Shown here piece after piece: positions 1 to 9,479 of a DNA stretch of 64,000 bases. The position numbers were made by a program, and so were the translations under genes. Positions within the stretch are counted from its first letter, which is position 1. Every line of letters starts with the position of its first letter. Source of the DNA: Squalus acanthias (taxonomy: Eukaryota); contig JASTWF010000322.1 in NCBI GenBank assembly GCA_030390025.1, positions 372,001 to 436,000 of the forward strand. Direction: 5' to 3'. The notes under the pieces were generated by a model. The model saw nothing but the letters and a program-made list of their open reading frames with translations, made no database searches and had not been told where the DNA came from.

Positions 1-104
1 GATTCTGAGTCGGCCATTCGGCCCCTCGAGCCTGCTCTGCCATTCAATGAGATCATAATGAGAAGTCGCACAACACCAGGTTATAGTCCAACAGATTTAT
101 TTAC

Positions 105-145
105 AATTACAAGCTTTCGGAGCGCTGCTCCTTCGTCAGGTAAAG
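105..145 (-). ncRNA. Minimal hammerhead-ribozyme-like motif in Penelope pLTR
   Basis: Minus strand reads CCTGACGA-AGGAGC-AGC-GCTCC-GAAA-GCTTGTA: CUGAnGA core, stem II GGAGC/GCTCC, GAAA, palindromic AAGCTT. Confidence 0.65.
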
Positions 146-427
146 GTACAATGAGGGAATCTACAGTATTACACAGTATATAAACACAAAAAGCAATTTG
201 TCTGCAGAGATACAATCTTTCAGGGAGTCCTTACATCAAAGACACACCAGAGCACAGCCAAGACAATGAGGTGGGGTCACAGGGGGTCCAACGTGTCAAA
301 TCCTGCCGTCTGCAGTTGAGCTTCTAACCTTTTTTTTTGTGTTTTTTTTATTTTTTAAAAACTGGAAAGACAGACAACGATGTCGAGTCACGTTCTGTAG
401 CGTGACATAAATTCCCTCATTGTACCT

Positions 428-466
428 TTACCTGAGGAAGGGGCGACAGCTCCGAAAGCTGGTAAT
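428..466 (+). ncRNA. Minimal hammerhead-ribozyme-like motif in Penelope pLTR
   Basis: CCTGAGGA-AGGGGC-GACA-GCTCC-GAAA-GCTGGTA. Confidence 0.55.
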
Positions 467-544
467 TTTAAATAGATCTGTTGGACTATAACCTGGTGTT
501 GTGCGACTTCTCATTCAGGTTATAGTCCAACAGTTTTATTTGAA

Positions 545-582
545 ATTACGAGCTTTCGGAGCGCTGCTCCTTCATCAGGTAC
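545..582 (-). ncRNA. Minimal hammerhead-ribozyme-like motif in Penelope pLTR
   Basis: Minus strand CCTGATGA-AGGAGC-AGC-GCTCC-GAAA-GCTCGTA. Confidence 0.6.
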
Positions 583-680
583 AGTGAGGGAATACAAATC
601 GGTTACACAGTATATATAGACAGAACAATGTGTCTGCAGAGATACAATCCGTCAGGGAGGCATTACATCAAGGACACATT

Positions 681-1445
681 GGCCCAAAAATTAGACCTAA
701 TACGCGAGAGTACGCACTGTGTACTCACCCATATTCGGTCCCGAAGTGCCGGTTTCCTGCATGCACTGCGCAAGCGCGGGAAACCGGCACTTCGGGTATT
801 GCGAAGGGGGCGGTTCCTAAGTGAACCGCGTGCGCGCTACAGGTTGCGCGCACGCAGTGCAGTTAGTTTTTTTTCAGGTTTGAACGCGAGGGTAAGTGTT
901 GAAGATTTTACACACAAAGAAAGCAGGCGTAAGACCCCCTTTTAACAAGGTAAGTAGTTAATTAAGTATTATTTTAAAATTTTTTCAACAGGTTTATCTT
1001 TTTTAGAGACTTTAAAGAAAGGTAAGTTTATTTTTATAACTTTTAAAAAGAATTAAAACTTTTTCAAAAATTTAAATTTTTGTTTAAAGTGGTTAATTTA
1101 TTTAACTATATCTATTTTATTAATGTGATGGCTTTTTTTTTCCATTTAATTGAGGTTTAGCTGTTCTTTTGGGGGCTTGTTGTATTCATAGCTTTGACAG
1201 CTCTTGCTGTCAAAACTATGAATGAAAGATGGTGTGCTGCCATTGGCTCTAACTGGCCCACGTGATCCCAGAGGTCGCATCGCACTAACTGCGCCTCTGG
1301 GACACGCACACACTGCGCGCCGGTACCAGGGAGAGGCCCAGGAACTGAAGTTCGTGTGGGCCAAAACCATAAAGGCAGGCGCGGAGTGCGATATCGCGGG
1401 GGATCCTTACCCCCGTGGCAAGCCTCCGAGTCAAATTTCTGGGCC
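681..1445. mobile_element. Non-autonomous DNA transposon (MITE), PIF/Harbinger-like
   Basis: Left end GGCCCAAAAATTAGAC versus reverse complement of right end GGCCCAGAAATTTGAC (14/16). The match extends 5 bp outward (ACATT/AATGT). CpG-rich arms, very AT-rich core, no coding capacity. Confidence 0.65.
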
Positions 1446-1589
1446 AATGTCTTCCTGACTGACCTGGTTGGATTTGATTGCCGAGATTATCTCTCTGCCG
1501 AGGTGTGATAAAGGGCAGTCAGAAAGATTAACTGTAGTCACCTGGCAGTGTTCTCTGACTATATAGGCTGTGCCCATTTGTATTTCTTC

Positions 1590-1688
1590 ACTTCACCTGA
1601 CAAATAAAGCTGTTGGACTATAACCTGGTGTTGTGCGACTTCTCACTTTTGTCCAACCCCAGTCCAACACTGGCATCTCCGCATCATT
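1590..1688 (+). mobile_element. Penelope pLTR fragment with the hammerhead core deleted
   Basis: CCTGAC joins directly to AAATAAAGCTGTTGGACTATAACCTGGTGTTGTGCGACTTCTCAC...CCAACACTGGCATCTCCGCATCA. Confidence 0.7.
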
Positions 1689-2075
1689 GAATATACTCAA
1701 CGACTGAGCCTCCACAGCCCTCTGGGGCAGAGAATTCCAAAGATTCACCGCCCTCTGAGTGAAGAAATTCCTCCTCATCTCAGTCCTAAATGGCCGACCC
1801 CTTATCCTGAGACTGTGACCCCTGGTTCTAGACTCTCCAGCCAGGGGGAAACAGCCTCTCAGCATCTCCCCTGTCAATCCCCCTCAGAATCTTGTATGTT
1901 TCAATGAGATCACCTCTCATTCTTCTAAACTCCAGAGAGTATCAGCCCAATCTACTCAATCTCTCCTCATAGGACAACCCTCACATCCCAGGGATCAATC
2001 TAGTGAACCTTCGTTGCACCGCCTCCAAGGCAAGTATATCCTTCCTTAGATAAGGAGACCAAAACTGTGCACAAG
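1686..2075 (-). mobile_element. CR1-type LINE ORF2 3' fragment
   Basis: RTRGHSLRIRGRPFRTEMRRNFFTQRAVNLWNSLP motif. Confidence 0.9.
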
Positions 2076-2079
2076 TCCA

Positions 2080-2720
2080 AAGAGACTTGGGGGAGGTCCA
2101 GGTACAAAGATCATTAAAATGTCATGAACAGGTACAGAAAATAATCAGAATGTCTAATGGAAAGTTGGCCTTTGTATCTAGAGGACTAGAATACAAGGGG
2201 GTAGAAGTTCTGCTGCAGCTGTACAAAGCCCTGGTTAGACCTCACCTGGAGCACCGGGAGCAGTTCTGGGCACCACACCTTAGGAAGGATATATTGGCCT
2301 TGGAGGGAGTGCAGCGGAGATTTACCAGAATGATACCCGCGCTCCAAGGGTTAAGTTACGAGGAGCAATTACACAAACTAGGGTCGTGTTCCCTGGAATT
2401 TAGAAGGTTAAGGGGCGATCTGATCAAAGTTTTCAGGATATTGATAGATTCCGGTTAAACAAAGGTATTAAGGGATATGGGGCAAAGGCAGGTCTATGGA
2501 GTTAGGTCGCACATCAGCCCATGATCTCATTGAATGGCGGAACAGGCTCGAGGGGGCTGAATGGGCCTCCTCCTGTTCCTGTGTAACAGGCTCGAGGGGC
2601 TGAATGGGCCTCCTCCTGTTCCTGTGTAACAGGCTCGAGGGGGCTGAATGGGCCTCCTCCTGTTCCTGTGTAACAGGCTCGAGGGGCTGAATGGGCCTCC
2701 TCCTGTTCCTGTGTTCCTGT
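2080..2720 (+). mobile_element. CR1-type LINE 3' fragment ending in a 43-44 bp tandem array (about 2540-2715)
   Basis: [11 protein letters not shown]...LEGVQRRFTRMIP...RRLRGDLI. 3' UTR unit AACAGGCTCGAGGGGCTGAATGGGCCTCCTCCTGTTCCTGTGT about 4 times. Confidence 0.9.
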
Positions 2721-2841
2721 GCTTGTGGTGAAACGCACCTCGCACTCAATCGCGGAGGAAACAGCACAGAATTTCTCCCGGCATAAGTCTTATTCGGATC
2801 ACAACTTGATACAGTAAAAGGTTCGAGCTCTTGCCTCAGTG

Positions 2842-3022
2842 TCAGTCGTGGCTCAGTGGGTAGTGCTCTAACATCTCTGAGTCAGAAGGTCATGGGTCCG
2901 AGTCCCACGCCAGAGACTTGAGCCCCATAATCCAGGCCCACACTCCCCGGTGCCAGTACTGAGGGAGTGCTGCACTGTCGGAGGTGCCGTCTTTCAGATG
3001 AGACATTAATCTGAGGCCCCGT
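2842..3022 (+). mobile_element. Deu-domain SINE (SacSINE1-like), 5' part with tRNA-derived head
   Basis: A-box TGGCTCAGTGG and B-box-like GGTCCGAGTCC, then the body shared with the other copies. Confidence 0.75.
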
Positions 3023-3024
3023 TG

Positions 3025-4110
3025 AGAGCGGCGAGGGGCCATGGAGGGATTTGAACAGTAGGATGAGAATTGTTGGGGCTGGAGGAGTTTAGAGATAGGG
3101 AGGGGGCGAGAGTCATGGAGGGATTTGAACAGGAGGATGAGAATTGTAGGGGCTGGAGGAGGTTACAGAGATAGGGAGGGGGCGAGGGCCATGGAGGGAT
3201 TTGAACAGGAGGATGAGAATTGTAGGGCTGGAGGAGGTTACAGAGATAGGGAGGGGGCGAGGGCCATGGAGGGATTTGAACAGGAGGATGAGAATTGTAG
3301 GGCTGGAGGAGGTTACAGAGATAGGGAGGGGGCGAGGGGCCATGGAGGGATTTGAACAGGAGGAAGAGAATTGTAGGGGCTGGAGGAGGTTACAGAGATA
3401 GGGAGGGGGCGAGGGCCATGGAGGGATTTGAACAGGAGGATGAGAATTGTAGGGGCTGGAGGAGGTTACAGAGATAGGGAGGGGGCGAGGGCCATGGAGG
3501 GATTTGAACAGGAGGATGAGAATTGTAGGGGCTGGAGGAGGTTACAGAGATAGGGAGGGGGCGAGGGCCATGGAGGGATTTGAACAGGAGGATGAGAATT
3601 GTAGGGGCTGGAGGAGGTTACAGAGATAGGGAGGGGGCGAGGGGCCATGGAGGGATTTGAACAGGAGAATGAGAATTTTGAAATCGAGGCGTTGCCGGAC
3701 CGGGAGCCAGTGTAGGTCAGCGAGCACAGGGGGTGATGGGTGAACGGGCCTCGGTGCGAGTTAGGACACGGGGGCAGCAGGAGTTTAGGATGAGCTGATG
3801 GTTACGGAGGGTGGAATGTTGGAGGCCGGCCAGGAGAGCGTCGGAATAGTCAAGTCTAGAGGTAACAAAGGGCAGGGATGAGGGCTTCAGCAGCGGATGA
3901 GCTGAGGCAGGGGCGGAGACGGGCGATGTTACGGAGGTGGAAGTAGGTGGTCTTTGTGATGGAGCGGAGATGGGGCTCGGAATCTGAACCCGAGCTCGAA
4001 TAGGACACCAAGGTTGCGAACAGTGTGGTTCAGCCTCAGACAGATGTTCGGGAGAAGGGTGGAGTGGGTGGCTGGGGCAACGGAGTTAGTGGCGGGGAAC
4101 CGAAACCTCC
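3025..4110 (-). mobile_element. L2 LINE fragment containing a 75-77 bp tandem array (about 3030-3680)
   Basis: Minus-strand LADLHWLPVRQRLDFKILILLFKSLHG...PPYL is the L2 ORF2 C-terminus. Unit GGAGGGATTTGAACAGGAGGATGAGAATTGTAGGGGCTGGAGGAGGTTACAGAGATAGGGAGGGGGCGAGGGCCAT. Confidence 0.85.
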
Positions 4111-4214
4111 ATCAAAAATCCCAGAGATATTTCCTCGGAGATCCAAGGTGGCAATAGTCTTGGTTTCAAAGCACCTTAATTCTCCCCCGTTCAGTAACTG
4201 CTAATGTTTGCTGT

Positions 4215-5150
4215 CATAGAATCATAGAAAGTTACAGCACAGAAGGAGGCCATTCGGCCCATCGTGTCCATGCCGGCCAACAAAGAGCGATCCGCCCTAT
4301 TCCCACTTCCCAGCTCTTGGTCCGTAGCCCTGTGGGTTACGACACTTCAAGCGCATATCCAAGTACTGTTTAAATGCGATGAGGGTCTCTGTCTCTACCA
4401 CCCTTTCAGACAGTGAGTTCCAGACCCCCACCACCCTCTGGGTGAAGAAATTTCCCCTCAAATCCCCTCTAAACCTTCCCCCAATTACTTTAAATCTGTG
4501 CCCCCTGGTTATTGACCCCTCTGCTGAGGGAAATAGGTCCTTCCTCTCCACTCTATCTGGGCCCCTCATCATTTTACACACCTCAATTAAATCTCCCCTC
4601 AGCCTCCTCTGTTCCAAAGTAAACAACCCCAGCCTCTCCAATCTTTCCTCATTGCTAAAATTCCCCAGCCCAGGCAACATCCTGGTAACTCTCTTCTGCA
4701 CCCTCTCTAGTGCGATCACATCCCTCCTGTAATGTGGTGACCAGAACTGCACGCAGTATTCTAGCTGAGGCCTAACTAGTGTTTTATACAGTTCAAGCAT
4801 AACCCCCCCTGCTCTTGTATTCTATGCCACGGCTAATAAAGGCAAGCATTCCGTATGCCTTCTTAACCACCTTATCTACCTGGCCTGCTACCTTCAGGGA
4901 TCTGTGGACATGCACTCCAAGGTCCCTTTGTTCCTCTACACTTCTCAGTGTCCGACAATTTAATGTGTGTTCCCTCGCCTCGTTCGCCCTCCCCAAATGC
5001 ATTACCTCACACTTCTCCGGGTCGAATTCCATTTGCCACTGTTCTGCCCACCCGACCAGCTCATCTGATATCTTCCTGCAGTCTACTGCCGCCTTTCTCT
5101 TCATCATCAACCGCACGGCCGATTTTACTATCATCTGCCAAACTTCTCAA
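4215..5150 (-). mobile_element. CR1-type LINE 3' fragment
   Basis: [49 protein letters not shown] and a 3' tail; frameshifted. Confidence 0.92.
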
Positions 5151-5627
5151 TCATGCCCCCCTAACATTCGAATCTTTGAAACTTAGGGCGGCTGCCTCTC
5201 TCTCTCTCTCTCTCTCCCTGTATGGGCTCGGTCCCTCCGACCTCTGCCTTTTTAATTCCCGGGCTCCCTGCGTCCCTTCCCCCAGCTCCGTGGCCCCCTG
5301 TCCTTTGTGCTACTCTCCTTGCTGAGGATCCCGCCCATTCCCCCCCTGCTGTTCTGCTTAGGCGGAACAATAGTTCGGCCAACTTCTCCTCCCCCTGACG
5401 TTTCCTTCCCGCCCCCCCCACCACCACCACCACCGAGTCATCGCCTGATCCCTCTCCATTGGGCCGTACCTCCTCACCCCAGGAAGTGTTTCATCCTGTG
5501 ACGGTCTGCTGCTCTCTCGCATTCCACAGGGTCATAGAGGCTGTCGGATGAGCAAGAAATCCAAACCAGTCACAACACAGGACGCAGATTTTGAACTGGA
5601 CCCAGCCCCATAAATCTTCTTTGCATT

Positions 5628-5945
5628 CACAGAATCACAGAATCCCCACAGTGCAGATAGAGGCCATTTCGGCCCATCGAGCCTGCACCAACACATATCC
5701 CATCCTATCCCCGTAACCCCACGTATTTAATCCCCCTAACACTAAGGGTCAATTTATCATAGCCAAATCAACCTAACCCGCACATCTTTGGACTGTGGGA
5801 GGAAACCGGAGCACCCGGAGGAAACCCACGCAGACACGGGGAGAATGTGCAAACTCCACACAGACAGTCACCCGAGGCCGGGTTCGAACCCGGGTCCCTG
5901 GCACTGTGAGGGAACAGTGCTAACCACTATGCCACCGTGTTGCCC
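5628..5945 (-). mobile_element. HE1-like V-SINE
   Basis: V-domain GGAGGAAACCGGAGCACCCGGAGGAAACCCACGCAGACACGGGGAGAATGTGCAAACTCCACACAGACAG; tRNA-like head at the 5945 end; CR1-like tail. Confidence 0.85.
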
Positions 5946-5949
5946 GCAT

Positions 5950-6070
5950 TGTTCCATGGAAGCTCAGCGTAAGCTCGAGGAACAGCACCTCATCTTTCGT
6001 TTAGGCACTTTACAGCCTTCTGGGCTCAACATCGAGTTCAACAATTTCAGATCATAACCTCGGCCCCCAC
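5950..6070 (+). mobile_element. Fragment of a second Penelope-like family (GIY-YIG C-terminus)
   Basis: EAQRKLEEQHLIFRLGTLQPSGLNIEF matches the PLE endonuclease terminal E...L.T..P.GLN pattern. Confidence 0.65.
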
Positions 6071-6129
6071 CACATATGTATATGAGAAGTTGCACAACAC
6101 CAGGTTATAGTCCAACAGTTTTATTTGAA

Positions 6130-6166
6130 ATCACGAGCTTTCAGAGCGCTGCTCCTTCGTCAGGTC
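6130..6166 (-). ncRNA. Minimal hammerhead-ribozyme-like motif in inverted pLTR
   Basis: Minus strand CCTGACGA-AGGAGC-AGC-GCTCT-GAAA-GCTCGTG. Confidence 0.55.
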
Positions 6167-6703
6167 TACCTGATACGTTGCAGGAAAGGATGCCCCGGAG
6201 CATGGTACATCGGCGAGACCATGCAGACACTGAGACAACGTATGAACGGACACCGCGCAACAATCGCCAGGCAGGAGGGTTGCCTCCCAGTCGGGGAACA
6301 CTTCAGCAGTCAAGGACATTCAGCCTCGGATCTGCGGGTTAGCGTTCTCCAAGGCGGCCTTCGAGACACACGACAGCGCAAAATCATCGAGCAGAAACTT
6401 ATAGCCAAGTTCCGCACCCATGAGGACGGCCTCGACCGGGATCTCGGGTTCATGTCACGCTACAGAATGTGACTCGACATCATTGTCTGTCTTTCCAGTT
6501 TTTAAAAAACAAACGCAAAAAAATCCCCAAAACAAACACTGCAGACAGCAGGATTTGACACGTTGGACCCCCTGGGACACATCTCATTGTCTTGGCTGTG
6601 CTCTTGGTGTGTCTTTGATGTAAGGACACCTTCCCTGAAAGATTGTATCTCTGCAGTTTCTGTGTTTATATTCTGTGAACTTTTGTAGATTCACTCATTG
6701 TAA

Positions 6704-6745
6704 CTTTACCTGACGAAGGGGCAGCAGCTCCGAAAGCTCGTAATT
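6704..6745 (+). ncRNA. Minimal hammerhead-ribozyme-like motif in 3' pLTR
   Basis: CCTGACGA-AGGGGC-AGCA-GCTCC-GAAA-GCTCGTA downstream of the GIY-YIG ORF. Confidence 0.6.
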
Positions 6746-6872
6746 TTAAATAAATCTGTTGGACTATAACCTGGTGTTGTGTGACTTCTCACTTTTGTCC
6801 ACCCCAGTCCAACACCGGCATCTCCGCATCATTTCAGGAGTGAAGTTAGGAAACACTTCTACACACAAAGGG

Positions 6873-7480
6873 TGAACAGGAGGATGAGAATTGTAGGGGC
6901 TGGAGGAGGTTACAGAGATTACATGGGGGCGAGGGCCATGGAGGGATTTGAAAAGGAGGATGAGAATTGTAGGGGCTGGAGGAGGTTACAGAGATAGGGA
7001 GGGGGTGAGTGCCATGGAGGGATTTGAACAGGAGGATGAGAATTGTTGGGGCTGGAGGAGGTTACAGAGATAGGGAGGGGGCGAGTGCCATGGAGGGATT
7101 TGAACAGGAGGATGAGAATTGTTGGGGCTGGAGGAGGTTACAGAGATAGGGAGGGGGGCGAGGGCCATGGAGGGATTTGAACAGGAGGATGAGAATTGTT
7201 GGGGCTGGAGGAGGTTACAGAGATAGGGAGGGGGCGAGGGCCATGGAGGGATTTGAACCGGAGGATGAGAATTGTAGGGGCTGGAGGAGGTTACAGAGAT
7301 AGGGAGGGGGCGAGGGGCCATGGAGGGATTTGAACAGGAGGATGAGAATTGTAGGGGCTGGAGGAGGTTACAGAGATAGGGAGTGAGCGAGGGGCCATGG
7401 AGGGATCTGAACAGGAGGATGAGAATTGTAGGGCTGGAGGAGGTTACAGAGATAGGGAGGAGGGCAAGGTGTCATGGAGG
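6873..7480 (-). repeat. L2-derived 76-77 bp tandem array
   Basis: About 8 copies of the same unit as at 3030-3680. Confidence 0.9.
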
Positions 7481-7512
7481 CCCCAGTCCAACACCGGCAT
7501 CTCCACATCATA

Positions 7513-8140
7513 AATCTTCTTCTTCTTAGGCAGTCCCTCGGAACCGAGGATGACTTGCTTCCACACTAAAAATGAGTTCTCAGGTGACTGATGAGTCCAA
7601 TGCGGGACCTACAGTCTCTGTCACAGGTGGGGCAGACGGTGGTTGAAGGGGCGGGTGGGTGGGGTGCTTGGGTTGACGTGCGCTCCTTGCGCTGTTTGCA
7701 CTTGGCTTCCGCTTGCTCCCGGCGAAGAGACTCGAGGTGTTCGGCGCCTTCCCGGATGCTTCTCCTCCACTTTGTGCTCTGGTCTTGGGCCAGGGATTCC
7801 CAGGTGTCGGTGGGGATGTTGCACTTTTTCAAGGAGGCTTTGAGGGTGTCCTTGAAGCGTTTCCTCTGCCCACCTGGGGCTCTCTTGCCGTGCCGGAGCT
7901 CCGAGTAGAGCACTTGTTTTGGGAGTCTTGTATCGGGCATGCGGATAATGTGGCCCGTCCATCGGAGCTGATCGAGCGTGGTCAAAGCTTCGATGCTGGG
8001 GATGTTGGCCTGAGCGAGAACACTGACGTTGGTGCGCCTATCCTGCCAATGGATCTACAGGATCTTGCGGAGGCAGCGTTGGTGGTACCTCTCCAGTGCT
8101 TTGAGGTGCCTGCTGTACATGGTCCATGTCTCTGAGGCAT
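7513..8140 (-). mobile_element. RTE/BovB-like LINE 3' fragment
   Basis: QLRWTGHIIRMPDTRLPKQVLYSEL...GGQRKRFKDTLKASL...CPTCDRDCRSRIGLISHLRTH and a (GAA)n tail. Confidence 0.9.
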
Positions 8141-8219
8141 ACAGTCACTGTTGTAATGTGGGAAACACGGCAGCCAATTTGCAAACAGCAAGCCCCCAAA
8201 AACAGCAATGTGATAATGC

Positions 8220-8970
8220 CCAGTCAGAAGGTTCTGGGTTCAAGTCCCACTCCAGAGACTCGAGCACATAAAGCTAGGCTGACACTCCCCGGTGCCAGTA
8301 CTGAGGGAGCGCTGCACTGTCGGAGGTAGATGTATATACACTAGGACTCGAGCCCCATAATCCAGGCCCACACTCCCCGGTGCCAGTACTGAGGGAGCGC
8401 TGCGCTGTCGGAGGTAGATGTATATACTCTAGGACTCGAGCCCCATAATCCAGGCCCACACTCCCCGGTGCCAGTACTGAGGGAGCGCTGCACTGTCGGA
8501 GGTAGATGTATATACTCCAGGACTCGAGCTCCATAATCCAGGCCCACACTCCCCGGTGCCAGTACTGAGGGAGCGCTGCACTGTCGGAGGTAGATGTATA
8601 TACTCTAGGACTCGAGCCCCATAATCCAGGCCCACATTCCCCGGTGCCAGTACTGTCGGAGACGTTAAACCAACGTCTGCCCTCTCAGGTGGATTTAAAA
8701 GATCCCACAGCCACTATTTCGAAGAAGAGCAGGGGGGAGTTCTCCCCGGTGTCCTGGGGCAAATATTGATCCCTCAACCAACATCACTAAAAACAGATGA
8801 TCTGGTCATTATCACATTGCTGTTTGCGGGAGCTTGCTGTGCGCAAATTGGCTACTGCGTTTCCCACATTACAACAGCGACCACACTTTCAATAAAAAGT
8901 ACTTAATTGGCTGTGAAGGCGCTTTGAGACCTCGGGAGGTGGTGCCAGACGCTATAGAAATGCATCTAAG
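8220..8970 (+). mobile_element. Deu-domain SINE with internal 88-bp tandem array (about 8280-8660)
   Basis: B-box GGTTCAAGTCC, about 4 array units, Deu-like core TTGCTGTTTGCGGGAGCTTGCTGTGCGCAAATTGGCT, tail GCTATAGAAATGCA. Confidence 0.8.
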
Positions 8971-9199
8971 CTCATCGCCTCCGCCAGCAAGAAGCAATGC
9001 GGGTTCGCCGGTGATGCAATAAATCCCAATCAATACAAATCCAGTGTCCGAGCAGAAAAGGTTCAGGAAAAATCAACAGAGATTGCATTTGAACCAAAGA
9101 AACAAAAGGGGAGATAATATGCATTGGGGCTCTTGTAAATTTTAATTAAAAAAAAAAATTTATTTGCAAAAAGTACAGGTGCAGTCTGAAAGAATGCAA

Positions 9200-9475
9200 G
9201 CAGAAAATTATGCATCGGTTTGCAGCGCGGTGGGGCGCTCCGCCCGATTGCACCGCTGCATTTTGTTTTCCAGCAGCACCGACAGCAGGGCTGCAGGCTC
9301 GGGCTCTTTCCCCGGGGAAGGACGTCGGTCCCCGGGGCTGGCGGCGCGCTGGCGTCACCGCGTCTGACGTTCGGCGTGCCGGTGACGTCATGACGCCGGG
9401 CGCCATTTTAGGTGGGACCCACCTCCCCCTCCAGTCCCTCCACCCCCCCGGCGGCGGCCATTTTGAGAGGGGAAA
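9200..9475. promoter_or_regulatory. CpG-rich element with CRE and YY1-like motifs
   Basis: TGACGTCA at 9383-9390; half sites at 9353, 9365 and 9391; GCCATTTT at 9402; GCGGCCATTTT at 9454. Confidence 0.45.
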
Positions 9476-9479
9476 CTGA

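Larger units (their letters stand above)
58..680. mobile_element. Penelope-like element 3' ends with pseudo-LTRs in inverted orientation
   Basis: Segment GAGAAGTCGCACAACACCAGGTTATAGTCCAACAG...TCGTCAGG on - at about 60-150, on + at about 420-513, and on - again at about 517-600. The intervening sequence is the reverse complement of the 3' UTR following the GIY-YIG ORF at 6470-6700. Confidence 0.8.
6084..6832 (+). mobile_element. Penelope-like element: GIY-YIG endonuclease C-terminus, 3' UTR and pLTR, with an inverted pLTR at its 5' end
   Basis: VYLIRCRKGCPGAWYIGETMQTLRQRMNGHR...VGEHF...EQKLIAKFRTHEDGLDRD is a PLE-type GIY-YIG. pLTR on - at 6084-6166 and on + at about 6700-6832. Confidence 0.88.
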
